Shown one piece after another: positions 33,006 to 46,263 of a stretch of DNA of 64,000 nt (its first letter is position 1; every line of letters starts with the position of its first letter). Both the position numbers and the translations under genes were made by a program. The notes beneath the pieces were generated by a model. That model searched no databases, was not told the DNA's origin, and saw only the letters and a program-made list of their open reading frames with translations. Origin of the DNA: Escherichia coli (GTDB lineage Bacteria; Pseudomonadota; Gammaproteobacteria; Enterobacterales; Enterobacteriaceae). The DNA is taken from NCBI RefSeq assembly GCF_036507355.1, contig NZ_AP027877.1; one strand, given 5' to 3'.

Positions 33006-33815
33006 ATGCCTGAATTACCCGAAGTTGAAACCAGCCGTCGCGGCATAGAACCGCATCTCGTTGGTGCAACCATTCTTCATGCGGTGGTGCGCAACGGACG
33101 CTTGCGCTGGCCGGTTTCAGAAGAGATCTACCGTTTAAGCGACCAACCAGTGCTTAGCGTGCAGCGGCGGGCTAAATATCTGCTGCTGGAGCTGCCTGAG
33201 GGCTGGATTATCATTCATTTGGGGATGTCTGGCAGCCTGCGCATCCTTCCAGAAGAACTTCCCCCTGAAAAGCATGACCATGTGGATTTGGTGATGAGCA
33301 ACGGTAAAGTGCTGCGCTACACCGATCCGCGCCGCTTTGGTGCCTGGCTGTGGACCAAAGAGCTGGAAGGGCACAACGTGCTGGCTCATCTTGGACCGGA
33401 GCCGCTTAGCGACGATTTCAATGGTGAGTATCTGCATCAGAAGTGCGCGAAGAAAAAAACGGCGATTAAACCGTGGCTGATGGATAACAAGCTGGTGGTT
33501 GGCGTAGGGAATATCTATGCCAGCGAATCACTGTTTGCGGCGGGGATCCATCCGGATCGGCTGGCGTCATCACTGTCGCTGGCGGAGTGCAAATTGTTAG
33601 CCCAAGTGATTAAAGCGGTGTTGCTGCGTTCGATTGAGCAGGGCGGTACAACACTGAAAGATTTTCTGCAAAGTGATGGTAAACCGGGCTATTTCGCTCA
33701 GGAATTGCAGGTTTATGGGCGAAAAGGCGAGCCGTGTCGGGTGTGCGGTACACCGATTGTGGCGACTAAACATGCGCAACGGGCGACGTTTTATTGTCGG
33801 CAGTGTCAGAAGTAA
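33006..33815 (+). CDS. mutM: formamidopyrimidine-DNA glycosylase
   Basis: 269-aa [23 protein letters not shown]..., C-terminal zinc finger CxxC...CxxC. Confidence 0.95.
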   Translation: MPELPEVETSRRGIEPHLVGATILHAVVRNGRLRWPVSEEIYRLSDQPVLSVQRRAKYLLLELPEGWIIIHLGMSGSLRILPEELPPEKHDHVDLVMSNGKVLRYTDPRRFGAWLWTKELEGHNVLAHLGPEPLSDDFNGEYLHQKCAKKKTAIKPWLMDNKLVVGVGNIYASESLFAAGIHPDRLASSLSLAECKLLAQVIKAVLLRSIEQGGTTLKDFLQSDGKPGYFAQELQVYGRKGEPCRVCGTPIVATKHAQRATFYCRQCQK

Positions 33816-33853
33816 TTCATACGCGCCGGATGGCCTACCATCCGGCATAAACG

Positions 33854-35618
<1,765 letters not shown>

Positions 35619-35948
35619 AGTAAATAGCTGACTTATGGATGTGCTGGGGATTCTATGTATTTAGCTGTGGCTTTACCATTACTTTTCCCGTTTTTGACTT
35701 AAATAGCAATTTACCCGCCAATTCTTGCTGAACATCTATACTTTTTTTGTATTTTTATGCGATTCATTGATTTCTGCTGTACGTGCAGGAAGGAATCGCA
35801 GAGCAACAGTGAAAGAATATGGTTGCTAATGATTATATTTGATTGATTTCTTTATTGAAAATCAACAATGTGCTTAAAAATCATTCGGGTCGGATTGCCG
35901 CGAAAGAAGTGATACACTAGCGCGTCAATATCAGTGCGGTATCAGTAT

Positions 35949-35981
35949 TCAGGTAGCTGTTGAGCCTGGGGCGGTAGCGTG
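35949..35981 (+). promoter_or_regulatory. JUMPstart element with ops (GGCGGTAGCGTG), RfaH-dependent antitermination site
   Basis: ops 12-mer directly seen at 35970..35981 in the waaQ leader. Confidence 0.8.
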
Positions 35982-36030
35982 CTTTTTCTGCTTCACCTTA
36001 ATCGGATAATCTCAACAAAAAGAGTTACTT

Positions 36031-37089
36031 GTGGATAAGCCATTTCGAAGAATTTTGCTCATTAAGATGCGTTTTCATGGGGATATGTTATTAACTACTC
36101 CCGTCATTAGTTCGCTGAAAAAAAATTACCCTGACGCAAAAATCGATGTGCTGCTTTATCAGGACACCATCCCGATCCTGTCTGAAAATCCAGAGATTAA
36201 CGCGCTCTACGGCATAAAAAATAAAAAAGCAAAAGCCTCAGAAAAAATTACCAACTTTTTTCATCTCATCAAGGTATTACGTGCCAATAAGTATGACCTT
36301 ATCGTCAATCTTACCGATCAATGGATGGTTGCTATACTGGTTCGCTTATTAAATGCCCGTGTGAAAATTTCCCAGGATTATCATCATCGGCAGTCTGCTT
36401 TTTGGCGTAAAAGTTTCACCCATTTGGTGCCGTTGCAGGGTGGAAATGTGGTGGAAAGTAACTTATCCGTGCTGACACCATTGGGACTTGATTCGTTGGT
36501 GAAGCAGACAACCATGAGTTACCCGCCTGCAAGCTGGAAACGTATGCGTCGCGAACTTGATCACGCTGGTGTTGGTCAAAATTATGTGGTTATCCAACCT
36601 ACGGCGCGGCAAATCTTCAAATGCTGGGACAACGCCAAGTTTTCCGCTGTGATTGATGCCTTACATGCTCGTGGTTATGAAGTCGTTCTGACGTCCGGCC
36701 CAGATAAAGACGATCTGGCCTGCGTCAATGAAATTGCGCAGGGATGCCAGACGCCACCAGTAACGGCGCTGGCTGGAAAGGTGACCTTCCCGGAACTTGG
36801 TGCGTTAATCGATCATGCGCAGCTGTTTATTGGCGTTGATTCCGCACCGGCGCATATTGCCGCTGCAGTTAATACGCCGCTGATATCGCTGTTTGGTGCG
36901 ACAGACCATATTTTCTGGCGTCCCTGGTCAAATAACATGATTCAATTCTGGGCGGGAGATTACCGGGAAATGCCAACGCGCGATCAGCGTGACCGAAATG
37001 AGATGTATCTTTCGGTTATTCCGGCGGCAGATGTCATTGCTGCTGTCGATAAATTACTGCCCTCCTCCACGACAGGTACGTCGTTATGA
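36031..37089 (+). CDS. waaQ: LPS heptosyltransferase III
   Basis: GT9-family ORF (...ILLIKMRFHGDMLLTTPVISSLKKNYPDAKIDVLLYQDT...); exact start uncertain (GTG 36031 or ATG 36067). Confidence 0.85.
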   Translation: MDKPFRRILLIKMRFHGDMLLTTPVISSLKKNYPDAKIDVLLYQDTIPILSENPEINALYGIKNKKAKASEKITNFFHLIKVLRANKYDLIVNLTDQWMVAILVRLLNARVKISQDYHHRQSAFWRKSFTHLVPLQGGNVVESNLSVLTPLGLDSLVKQTTMSYPPASWKRMRRELDHAGVGQNYVVIQPTARQIFKCWDNAKFSAVIDALHARGYEVVLTSGPDKDDLACVNEIAQGCQTPPVTALAGKVTFPELGALIDHAQLFIGVDSAPAHIAAAVNTPLISLFGATDHIFWRPWSNNMIQFWAGDYREMPTRDQRDRNEMYLSVIPAADVIAAVDKLLPSSTTGTSL

Positions 37090-38210
37090 TCGTTGCTTTT
37101 TGTTTATATAAATATTTTCCCTTTGGCGGTTTGCAGCGCGATTTTATGCGTATTGCTCAGACAGTCGCCGCCCGAGGTCATCATGTTCGGGTTTATACCC
37201 AGTCGTGGGAAGGCGAATGCCCTGATGTATTTGAACTGATCAAAGTGCCGGTTAAATCGCATACCAATCACGGGCGCAATGCGGAGTATTTTGCCTGGGT
37301 GCAAAAACATTTACGCGAACATCCCGTCGATAAAGTCGTTGGATTCAACAAAATGCCGGGGCTGGACGTTTATTATGCCGCTGATGTTTGTTATGCCGAG
37401 AAAGTAGCGCAGGAAAAAGGCTTTTTCTATCGCCTGACGTCACGTTATCGCCATTATGCCGCCTTTGAGCGGGCAACCTTCGAACAGGGCAAGCCGACAC
37501 AGCTGCTGATGCTGACAGATAAGCAAATCGCCGATTTCCAGAAACATTATCAGACTGAAGCGGAGCGTTTTCATATTCTGCCACCGGGGATTTATCCTGA
37601 TCGTAAATATAGCCAGCAGCCAGCCAATAGCCGTGAAATCTTCCGTAAGAAGAATGGAATAACCGAACAACAATATTTATTGTTGCAGGTCGGTTCAGAC
37701 TTCACGCGTAAAGGTGTCGATCGTTCCATTGAAGCACTTGCTTCGTTACCGGATTCGCTGCGCCACAACACATTGCTATATGTTGTTGGGCAGGATAAAC
37801 CGCGAAAATTTGAGGCGCTGGCAGAAAAACGCGGCGTGCGCAGTAATGTTCACTTCTTCTCGGGGCGCAACGATGTCTCGGAATTAATGGCGGCGGCGGA
37901 TTTATTACTGCATCCTGCCTACCAGGAAGCGGCGGGAATTGTGCTGCTGGAAGCGATTACTGCAGGATTACCGGTACTAACAACAGCCGTTTGTGGCTAT
38001 GCGCATTATATTGTCGAGGCCAATTGCGGCGAGGCTATTGTTGAGCCATTCCGCCAGGAAACATTGAATGAGATTTTACGCAAAGCGTTAACGCAATCTT
38101 CATTGCGCCAGGCCTGGGCGGAAAATGCGCGACATTATGCTGATACACAAGATTTATACAGTCTGCCAGAGAAAGCGGCGGATATCATAACGGGTGGTCT
38201 GGATGGTTGA
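37086..38210 (+). CDS. waaG: LPS core glucosyltransferase I (GT4)
   Basis: 374-aa [23 protein letters not shown]... Confidence 0.9.
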   Translation: MIVAFCLYKYFPFGGLQRDFMRIAQTVAARGHHVRVYTQSWEGECPDVFELIKVPVKSHTNHGRNAEYFAWVQKHLREHPVDKVVGFNKMPGLDVYYAADVCYAEKVAQEKGFFYRLTSRYRHYAAFERATFEQGKPTQLLMLTDKQIADFQKHYQTEAERFHILPPGIYPDRKYSQQPANSREIFRKKNGITEQQYLLLQVGSDFTRKGVDRSIEALASLPDSLRHNTLLYVVGQDKPRKFEALAEKRGVRSNVHFFSGRNDVSELMAAADLLLHPAYQEAAGIVLLEAITAGLPVLTTAVCGYAHYIVEANCGEAIVEPFRQETLNEILRKALTQSSLRQAWAENARHYADTQDLYSLPEKAADIITGGLDG

Positions 38211-39000
38211 ACTTAAAGAGCCGTTTGCCACGTTATGGCGCGGTAAAGATCCTTTTGAGGAAGTTAAAACCTTGCAGGGTGAGGTATTTCGTGAACTGGA
38301 AACTCGCCGTACTCTGCGCTTTGAAATGGCGGGCAAAAGCTATTTTCTCAAATGGCATCGCGGCACGACCCTGAAAGAGATAATCAAAAATTTACTCTCA
38401 TTGCGGATGCCAGTATTAGGCGCAGACCGCGAATGGAATGCGATTCATCGACTGCGGGATGTCGGCGTTGATACTATGTATGGGGTGGCATTTGGCGAAA
38501 AAGGCATGAATCCGCTGACCAGAACTTCATTTATTATTACCGAAGATCTGACACCAACCATAAGTCTGGAAGATTACTGTGCTGACTGGGCGACTAACCC
38601 TTCAGATGTTCGCGTAAAGCGTATGCTTATTAAGCGTGTCGCGACGATGGTGCGCAATATGCATGCTGCGGGCATTAACCACCGTGACTGTTATATCTGT
38701 CATTTCCTGCTGCACTTGCCTTTTTCCGGTAAGGAAGAGGAGTTAAAAATTTCGGTAATTGACCTGCACCGGGCGCAGCTTCGCACGCGCGTTCCACGTC
38801 GTTGGCGCGATAAAGATCTTATTGGGCTTTATTTTTCATCGATGAATATCGGCCTGACTCAGCGGGATATCTGGCGGTTTATGAAAGTGTATTTTGCCGC
38901 CCCGCTTAAAGACATTCTCAAGCAGGAACAAGGACTGCTGTCGCAAGCAGAAGCAAAAGCCACAAAAATCAGGGAAAGAACGATTCGAAAATCGTTGTAA
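38203..39000 (+). CDS. waaP: LPS core heptose(I) kinase
   Basis: ATG at 38203 ([22 protein letters not shown]...). Confidence 0.9.
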   Translation: MVELKEPFATLWRGKDPFEEVKTLQGEVFRELETRRTLRFEMAGKSYFLKWHRGTTLKEIIKNLLSLRMPVLGADREWNAIHRLRDVGVDTMYGVAFGEKGMNPLTRTSFIITEDLTPTISLEDYCADWATNPSDVRVKRMLIKRVATMVRNMHAAGINHRDCYICHFLLHLPFSGKEEELKISVIDLHRAQLRTRVPRRWRDKDLIGLYFSSMNIGLTQRDIWRFMKVYFAAPLKDILKQEQGLLSQAEAKATKIRERTIRKSL

Positions 39001-39042
39001 CCCGTAACTTATTTTTGCCAAAATTTTGGATACAGAATAAAT

Positions 39043-40050
39043 ATGTCTCAACTCAATGATAGTGACATCATCCTTTTTGAGTATAATTTTCATTATCAAA
39101 ATATAAGATCTAAAAATACTCTTGATATAGCATTTGGTATTGACAGAAATTTTCTTTTTGGATGTGGTGTAGCCATCGCATCTATTCTATTAAACAATAG
39201 AGAAATCTCTTGTGAATTTCATGTTTTCACAGATTATATCAGTGATAAAGACAAGTTATATTTTTCCGATTTAGCAAAACAATATAATTCAAGAATTAAT
39301 ATTTATGTTATCAATTGTGATAAGCTGAAGTCATTACCAAGCACGAAAAACTGGACTTACGCTACATATTTTCGATTTATAATTGCAGATTATTTCTATA
39401 ATAAACATGAAAAAATACTATACCTTGATGCAGATATTGCTTGCAAGGGTAGTATTAAAGAACTCTTAGATTATCAATTCTCTACTAATGAAATTGCCGC
39501 AGTTGTAGCTGAAAGAGATGTTGAATGGTGGCAGAATCGAGCCTCGGTATTAACTACACCACAATTAGCTTCTGGATATTTCAATGCTGGTTTTTTACTG
39601 ATAAATATTGATGAGTGGAATCTTAATAACATTTCGTCAAAAGCTATTGAAATGTTGCGTGACCCAGATTGGGTAAGTAAAATCACCCACCTTGATCAAG
39701 ATGTACTGAATGTATTATTGAATGGTAAAGTGAAGTTTATTTCGGGGAAATATAATACCCGATATAGTATTAACTATGAATTAAAAGACAAAGTTGATAA
39801 TCCAGTCAATGATGACACCGTGTTTATACACTATGTGGGACCTACAAAACCCTGGCATGAATGGGCTGATTATCCGGTGTCACGTAGTTTTTTGATCGCC
39901 AAAGCAGCCTCTCCGTGGTGTAAAGAAGATTTACTTAAACCTGTAAATAGCAATCAGTACCGGTATTGTGCAAAACATAAATTTAAACAAAAGCATTATA
40001 TGGCAGGCATTTTTAATTATTTAAAGTATTATAAAGAAAAATGCTTCTAA
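39043..40050 (+). CDS. waaI: LPS outer-core alpha-1,3 glycosyltransferase (GT8), WaaI/WaaO-like
   Basis: 335-aa GT8 ORF with DxD (YLDADI); AT-rich; symbol assigned from R3-type gene order GT8-kinase-GT8-GT4. Confidence 0.65.
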   Translation: MSQLNDSDIILFEYNFHYQNIRSKNTLDIAFGIDRNFLFGCGVAIASILLNNREISCEFHVFTDYISDKDKLYFSDLAKQYNSRINIYVINCDKLKSLPSTKNWTYATYFRFIIADYFYNKHEKILYLDADIACKGSIKELLDYQFSTNEIAAVVAERDVEWWQNRASVLTTPQLASGYFNAGFLLINIDEWNLNNISSKAIEMLRDPDWVSKITHLDQDVLNVLLNGKVKFISGKYNTRYSINYELKDKVDNPVNDDTVFIHYVGPTKPWHEWADYPVSRSFLIAKAASPWCKEDLLKPVNSNQYRYCAKHKFKQKHYMAGIFNYLKYYKEKCF

Positions 40051-40075
40051 AGATTTAAGGTTAAAATAATTCATT

Positions 40076-40783
40076 ATGATATATAATAAAACGATAAATG
40101 GGTTAAACGTTTTCATAAAAGATAATGATCCCTTTTATGAGCAAGTTCTGAATGACTTTTTAACTTGCAGGGTTAAAACATTAAAAGTTTTTCGTTCTAT
40201 TGATGATACTAAAGTCATTCTTATTGACACTGCTCGTGGACCTCTTGTACTTAAAGTTTATGCGCCAAAGCATAAAATGATCGAACGTTTCTTAAAATCT
40301 TGCGTAAAAAAAGATTATTATGAAAATTTAATTTATCAAACCGATCGGGTACGTGGTGAAGGCATTCAATCAATTAATGACTATTTTTTGCTTGCTGAAC
40401 GTAAAACATTAAATTTCGCGCATTATTATATTATGCTCATTGAGTATATTGAAGGTATCGGGTTAAATGAGTATTTGGAAATTTCTGAAGAACTGAAGGA
40501 TCAATTATCAGAATCGATAAAAGAGTTGCATCAGCATGGAATGGTGTCTGGCGATCCTCATAAAGGAAATTTTATAGTATCCGAAAAAGGTTTAAGACTA
40601 ATTGACCTTTCAGGTAAAAAAACAACCGCAGTTTTAAAAGCAAAAGATCGCATTGATCTTGAACGGCACTATAATATAAAAAATGAATTGAAAGACTTTG
40701 GCTATACATATCTTATATTCAAAAAGAAAATTAAAAAAGCAATCAGGGATGTAAAAGTCAAACTAGGCTTGAAGAGCAAATAA
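40076..40783 (+). CDS. waaY: LPS core heptose(II) kinase
   Basis: 235-aa kinase-like ORF MIYNKTINGLNVFIKDNDPFYEQ... Confidence 0.75.
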   Translation: MIYNKTINGLNVFIKDNDPFYEQVLNDFLTCRVKTLKVFRSIDDTKVILIDTARGPLVLKVYAPKHKMIERFLKSCVKKDYYENLIYQTDRVRGEGIQSINDYFLLAERKTLNFAHYYIMLIEYIEGIGLNEYLEISEELKDQLSESIKELHQHGMVSGDPHKGNFIVSEKGLRLIDLSGKKTTAVLKAKDRIDLERHYNIKNELKDFGYTYLIFKKKIKKAIRDVKVKLGLKSK

Positions 40784-40807
40784 TGATTATGATGAAGGGT
40801 AATTAAA

Positions 40808-41821
40808 TTGGATTTTAAACATCTTACTCAATTTAAAGATATAATTGAACTGGACAAGCGCCCCGTTAAACTTGATGAACGGGAAACGTTTAATGTCTCA
40901 TGGGGTATTGATGAGAACTACCAGGTTGGGACTGCGATTTCAATTGCTTCAATTCTTGAAAATAATAAACAAAACAAATTTACCTTTCACATAATCGCTG
41001 ATTACTTAGACAAAGAGTATATTGAATTATTATCACAATTAGCAACGAAGTATCAAACAGTAATTAAATTATATCATATTGATTCTGAGCCATTGAAGGC
41101 GTTACCTCAATCAAATATCTGGCCAGTATCTATTTATTATCGTTTGCTTTCATTTGATTATTTTTCTGCGCGATTGGATTCATTATTATATCTTGATGCT
41201 GATATCGTTTGCAAGGGTTCATTGAACGAGTTAATAGCATTAGAGTTTAAAGATGAATATGGGGCTGTGGTAATTGATGTAGATACTATGCAAAGTAAAA
41301 GCGCTGAGCGTTTATGTAATGAGGATTTTAACGGTAGCTATTTTAACTCTGGTGTAATGTATATTAATTTACGGGAATGGTTAAAACAAAGACTAACGGA
41401 GAAATTCTTTGAACTATTATCAGATGAGTCAATTATCAAAAAATTAAAATATCCGGATCAAGATATTTTAAACTTAATGTTTCTACATCATGCTAAAATA
41501 TTACCGAGAAAATATAACTGTATTTATACTATAAAGTCAGAATTTGAAGAAAAAAATAGTGAATATTACACCCGGTTTATTAATGATGAAACTGTCTTCA
41601 TACATTATACTGGTGTAACAAAGCCATGGCATGATTGGGCGAACTACGCATCTGCAGATTATTTTCGTAATATTTATAATATATCACCATGGAGAAATAT
41701 ACCTTATAAAAAAGCTGTTAAAAAACATGAGTACAAAGAAAAATATAAACACTTGCTTTACCAGAAAAAATTTCTCGATGGTTTTTTTACAGCAATTAAA
41801 TATAATTTTATGAAAGGTTAA
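40808..41821 (+). CDS. waaJ: LPS outer-core alpha-1,2 glycosyltransferase (GT8), WaaJ-like
   Basis: 337-aa GT8 ORF with DxD (YLDADIVCKG); non-ATG (TTG) start in ORF track. Confidence 0.65.
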   Translation: MDFKHLTQFKDIIELDKRPVKLDERETFNVSWGIDENYQVGTAISIASILENNKQNKFTFHIIADYLDKEYIELLSQLATKYQTVIKLYHIDSEPLKALPQSNIWPVSIYYRLLSFDYFSARLDSLLYLDADIVCKGSLNELIALEFKDEYGAVVIDVDTMQSKSAERLCNEDFNGSYFNSGVMYINLREWLKQRLTEKFFELLSDESIIKKLKYPDQDILNLMFLHHAKILPRKYNCIYTIKSEFEEKNSEYYTRFINDETVFIHYTGVTKPWHDWANYASADYFRNIYNISPWRNIPYKKAVKKHEYKEKYKHLLYQKKFLDGFFTAIKYNFMKG

Positions 41822-41829
41822 CATTCGAG

Positions 41830-42972
41830 ATGGTTGATAAAATAATATTTACAGTTACTCCTATTTTTTCAATTCCTCCTCGCGGAGCGGCCGCTGTTGA
41901 AACGTGGATGTATCAGGTTGCTCAGCGTACCAATTTCCCAAATCGTATTGTTTGTATCAAGAATCCAGGATACTCAAATTACACCTTTGTTAATGATAAT
42001 TGTAGTATTCATAGGGTTGGATTCAGTCGCATATATAAGCGGTTATTTCAAAAATGGACAAGACTTGATCCTCTTCCATATTCACAGAGAATATTGAATA
42101 TTGCACATGATTTTTCTATAACGAAAGAAAGTGTTATTGTAGTTCATAATAGCATGAAGCTATACACTCAAATTCGTAAGCGAGCTCCTCAGGCAAGAGT
42201 GGTTATACATATGCATAATGCATTTGAACCAAAATTGCTTGAGCAAAATGTTAAAATGATAGTGCCTAGTTTATACTTGAAAAAGTATTACCAATCTTAT
42301 TTAGCAAATGCAGATATTGAGATTGTACCAAATGGAATTGATTTAGAAACCTATCAATCTACTTTTCAGCCGATCACTAGAAGCGAACTTAATATCTCCC
42401 CTGAAGAGAAAATTATTTTTTATGCTGGGCGTATCGTCCCTGACAAAGGCATATTGCTGTTGATGCAATCATTCGAAAAATTGGCCGCTGCTCACAAAAA
42501 TTTAAAATTAGTTGTGATTGGTGATTATACAGAAATGAGTAAAAGTGACAAAGGTGCATATCAACGCAATGTCAGGGACATTGCAAAACGTTTGAAGGAT
42601 CGTTGCATTATGTTAGGAAGCATACCGCCTGAAAAGATGCATTGTTATTACCCACTGGCAGATTTAGTCGTCATTCCTTCCCAGTTCCAGGAACCATTTT
42701 GCATGGTGGCAATTGAAGCTATGGGTGCTGGTAAGCCTGTTTTAGTGAGTACGCGTGGGGGGATGACGGAATTTGTCAAAGAAAATACTACGGGATTCCA
42801 TTTAAAAGAACCTATGACTGCAGACTCCATAAGCAGCGATATTTTAAAAACGTTAGCGAATCCTGAATTAACAGCAGTTGCAAAGCAAGGTCAGGATTTT
42901 GTGTTTGAACACTACAGTTGGGATGGCGTAACTCAAAGATTCGAAGAGGTTATTCATAATTGGTTTGAATAA
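41830..42972 (+). CDS. waaD: LPS outer-core glycosyltransferase (GT4), WaaD-like
   Basis: 380-aa GT4 ORF (E-x7-E region FQEPFCMVAIEAMGAGKPVL); last gene of central operon as in R3 cores. Confidence 0.55.
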   Translation: MVDKIIFTVTPIFSIPPRGAAAVETWMYQVAQRTNFPNRIVCIKNPGYSNYTFVNDNCSIHRVGFSRIYKRLFQKWTRLDPLPYSQRILNIAHDFSITKESVIVVHNSMKLYTQIRKRAPQARVVIHMHNAFEPKLLEQNVKMIVPSLYLKKYYQSYLANADIEIVPNGIDLETYQSTFQPITRSELNISPEEKIIFYAGRIVPDKGILLLMQSFEKLAAAHKNLKLVVIGDYTEMSKSDKGAYQRNVRDIAKRLKDRCIMLGSIPPEKMHCYYPLADLVVIPSQFQEPFCMVAIEAMGAGKPVLVSTRGGMTEFVKENTTGFHLKEPMTADSISSDILKTLANPELTAVAKQGQDFVFEHYSWDGVTQRFEEVIHNWFE

Positions 42973-43006
42973 ATAAAAAGGCTGCATTATGCAGCCTTTT
43001 TATTTT

Positions 43007-44215
43007 TTACTTGTTTTTCATCGCTAATAATAAGCCGGCGTAAACGCCTAATAAATTTGGTTCAATTTGTTCTACGTTTCCACGGATAACAAAATAACCT
43101 ATAAAAGATAGTAAGATTATATAATATGCATTATATGGTGAGCGGTATTTATTCTGGACGCCATTTTTTATACACTCTTTCAATATTGCACAGTATAGCA
43201 TCATAAGACTTACCAGCCCTAATAAACCAGTGCCAAACCAGATGAATAGCGCGAAATTATGTGGCCCTATTGATTGTCTAAAGGTCCATTCTGGATAATC
43301 AACGACACGTTTATTATAGACATCTTTATATGCAACGTTACCGTAACCATAACCAATAACAGGATTTTCTAATATTAGATCGAGTGCGCTGCCTTGAGTA
43401 CCATTTGCATAGCGATAAGAACTATTAGTTTGTTGAAGTTTATACGTTAGATTTGCGGTCATCTCCTTATGTGTGAAAATAACCGACAATGCAATGATGG
43501 AAACCATTACTCCTACTAATAGTAACTTCCATTGTTTAAACATCAGAATCCATATTAATCCAATGACTAACACGGAAAGCCAGGCCCCTCTGGATAAAGT
43601 TCCTAATATCAGAAAAATAAAAATAACGCTTAGAACCACAAAAGAAATGCGGTATTTTGCTGATTTGATAAGCCAGAGATTTAACAATGCAGGGAATAAA
43701 AAGACCATCGAGTCAGAAATGCTACGGTGTCTATAATCTGCGAATGGCATTATCCCTTGTTGATAGTCCTTATAATAGGCAATCAATTCAGAAAAACAGC
43801 GTAAGCCCAACGCACTAATAAATGAGAAGAAAACGATTTTTTCGACATCTTCTCTTTTCTCGTCTCTCAATATGACCGGTATTGCTATTGTGCATAGTAA
43901 AGTATTCTCAATAATAGCTTTGAAAATTTCCTTCATGCTAGCACCTGCATCAGGGGATTGAAGAAGTGACAGCAATGCAGCAATAGTTAATATGGCAACA
44001 CTACCAAAAAGAAATGTTTTAAATAGTGAGAGATAGTGTTTTGGCCGTTTGCAGAGATAGACGATTGTCGTTATTGTCATAAGAATAACAATAAGATGTT
44101 TATACCTTGTAATCCCACCCAAAAAATAGGTGGTAATGAATAAGAATACGAGAGCTCTGTTCCAGTACGCTATCCAGTTTTTTTTCTCGAGAGAGAAAAG
44201 TAATGTTGAGGTCAT
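43007..44215 (-). CDS. waaL: O-antigen ligase
   Basis: 402-aa polytopic membrane ORF, AT-rich, convergent with central waa operon. Confidence 0.8.
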   Translation of the reverse strand: MTSTLLFSLEKKNWIAYWNRALVFLFITTYFLGGITRYKHLIVILMTITTIVYLCKRPKHYLSLFKTFLFGSVAILTIAALLSLLQSPDAGASMKEIFKAIIENTLLCTIAIPVILRDEKREDVEKIVFFSFISALGLRCFSELIAYYKDYQQGIMPFADYRHRSISDSMVFLFPALLNLWLIKSAKYRISFVVLSVIFIFLILGTLSRGAWLSVLVIGLIWILMFKQWKLLLVGVMVSIIALSVIFTHKEMTANLTYKLQQTNSSYRYANGTQGSALDLILENPVIGYGYGNVAYKDVYNKRVVDYPEWTFRQSIGPHNFALFIWFGTGLLGLVSLMMLYCAILKECIKNGVQNKYRSPYNAYYIILLSFIGYFVIRGNVEQIEPNLLGVYAGLLLAMKNK

Positions 44216-45204
44216 CTTATCTCCGATGTCAACTTATTGGTTATTATTTCAAGATTTAAATTTTGAAAAACGGTTTGAGCTGGCAAATCTACAAGAGACA
44301 TACTTGTAGAACGACACTCTACTTGATTCTTTCCATACCCGCCAATTAATCCCGGATCGGTAGGTCCATAAAACGTGATATTGGGTCTATCCAGTGCCGC
44401 CGTTAAATGGCTTAACCCTGTATCCACTGACACTACAAATTTAGCCCCGGCCAGCACGCGGGCAACGCCTTCCAGACTCATCTTAGGCAATACTTCAACA
44501 TAAGCAAATCCTTCCGCCAGTCGTTTCGCCCGTTCTTCCTCATGCGGCGCGCCCCACGGAAGTTTAATCCGTATTCCTGAATCAGCCAGTAAACCAATCA
44601 ATTCTCGCCAGTGTTCTTCCGGCCAGTGTTTATCATCACGGGTCGTCGCATGAAGAAATACGGCATATTCGCCAGCATCTGTAGGCAGGTTCGTCAGAAA
44701 ATGCTGTGCGATAGCATAATCGCCCTGGGTTTGCGGTTTGCTATAGCCCAAACTTTTGGCAAACAGTTCGCGGGTGCGTTCTACGGCGTGCTGCTGTTTT
44801 GCAATATGATGCTTACAATTGTAAAACAGGCTGGCTAAAGGTTCGCGAGCGGTTTGCCAGTCCATGCCATGCTTTACGCCATGCGCCAGACGCGTCACCA
44901 GCGCCGCGCTTTTTACCAGCCCCTGAGCGTCGATAACTGCGTCATAGTTCTCTGCTTGTAGCGCTTCACGAAACGCTTTGCGTTCCGCTTTTATGGGGGC
45001 CGAGAACCAGGCTTTACGCCAGCGACGTATTGCCACAGGAATAACTCGCTCAACGGCAGCGTGCCAGGAAGGAATCTGTGCGAACCCTTCTTCCACCACC
45101 CAGTCAAACTTAATCCCTGGGATTGCCTGCTGGGCATCAGTGAGTGCGGGCAACGTATGGAGAACATCGCCCATCGACGATGTTTTAACGATCAAAACCA
45201 GCAT
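44212..45204 (-). CDS. waaC: LPS heptosyltransferase I
   Basis: GT9 ORF MLVLIVKTSSMGDVLHTLPALTDAQQAIPGIKF... Confidence 0.9.
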   Translation of the reverse strand: MLVLIVKTSSMGDVLHTLPALTDAQQAIPGIKFDWVVEEGFAQIPSWHAAVERVIPVAIRRWRKAWFSAPIKAERKAFREALQAENYDAVIDAQGLVKSAALVTRLAHGVKHGMDWQTAREPLASLFYNCKHHIAKQQHAVERTRELFAKSLGYSKPQTQGDYAIAQHFLTNLPTDAGEYAVFLHATTRDDKHWPEEHWRELIGLLADSGIRIKLPWGAPHEEERAKRLAEGFAYVEVLPKMSLEGVARVLAGAKFVVSVDTGLSHLTAALDRPNITFYGPTDPGLIGGYGKNQVECRSTSMSLVDLPAQTVFQNLNLEIITNKLTSEIR

Positions 45205-45207
45205 CCG

Positions 45208-46254
45208 TCAGGCTTCCTCTTGTAACAATAGCGCGTTGAGTTCTTCCAGTACGCGCTGGGGAGTAATGTCGATTAAGCTCTGGTGATAACCCTCCGCAGC
45301 GTCACCTTTACGCACTTTGTGATAGCCGGTAATCAAACGGATCACGCGCGCTTTATGGGATAGCGGCGGTGTGAAGTCCGGGCTACTCGGACCATACAGG
45401 GCAACCAGCGGACGATTGAGCGCCGCCGCAACATGCATCAGGCCAGAATCGTTAGTGACAATGGCTTTACAGGCTGCAATCAGGATAACCGCTTGATCAA
45501 GCTGTGTTTCCCCCGCCAGGTTCCGACACCATGCCTGCTGCTCGGTATTCAAAGCGGCAAGAATCTCATTGCCCGCTTCATGATCTTTCGCCGAGCCAAA
45601 CAGAACCACCTGATAACCTTCATCAATCAGCTGCTTTGCCAGCTCCGCATAGTGGTAGTGTGGCCAGCGTTTTGCCGGACCAAACTCCGCACCCGGGCAA
45701 AAACCAATCATCGGACGTTCTGATGAAAGCGAAAATTGATTACAGGTATATGATTTTTCACCTTCGCTCACCTGCAATTGCGGCCATAACAACGGTTTTG
45801 GTAGATCTTGTGCGGTACGCATCACGCCTTTGTCATAGGCCAGCGCGACATAGCGTTCCACCATTAGCGGCCAGGCTTCTTTATCGAGCACGCGTACATC
45901 GTTGAGTAAACCGTAGCGCATCTCGCCGCGCCAGCCGGTGCGATGAGGAATACCCGCGAAGAAAGGCACTAATGCAGATTTGAAGGAGTTGGGTAAGACG
46001 TAGGCGCGGTCGTAGCGCTTTTCACGCAGGCTATGACCCAGTTTGCGGCGTTCGCCGATTTCCAGCGCTCCGTGACCGAGAGGCATAGGGATAGCTTCGT
46101 TAACTTCCGGCATCCGCGATAATAATGGACGGCACCATGCCGGTGCCATCACATCGATTATCGCCTGGGGATAGCGCGCCTGGAGCGTGCGATAGAGACT
46201 TTGCGACATCATCATGTCGCCAACCCAAGACGGGCCGATCACCAGTATTTTCAT
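45208..46254 (-). CDS. waaF: LPS heptosyltransferase II
   Basis: 348-aa GT9 ORF MKILVIGPSWVGDMMMSQSLYRTL... Confidence 0.9.
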   Translation of the reverse strand: MKILVIGPSWVGDMMMSQSLYRTLQARYPQAIIDVMAPAWCRPLLSRMPEVNEAIPMPLGHGALEIGERRKLGHSLREKRYDRAYVLPNSFKSALVPFFAGIPHRTGWRGEMRYGLLNDVRVLDKEAWPLMVERYVALAYDKGVMRTAQDLPKPLLWPQLQVSEGEKSYTCNQFSLSSERPMIGFCPGAEFGPAKRWPHYHYAELAKQLIDEGYQVVLFGSAKDHEAGNEILAALNTEQQAWCRNLAGETQLDQAVILIAACKAIVTNDSGLMHVAAALNRPLVALYGPSSPDFTPPLSHKARVIRLITGYHKVRKGDAAEGYHQSLIDITPQRVLEELNALLLQEEA

Positions 46255-46263
46255 GCAGAGCTC

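Noticed and set aside
41631-41813. 60-aa ORF inside waaJ
   Set aside because: Embedded in-frame-shifted ORF within an AT-rich gene; no support.
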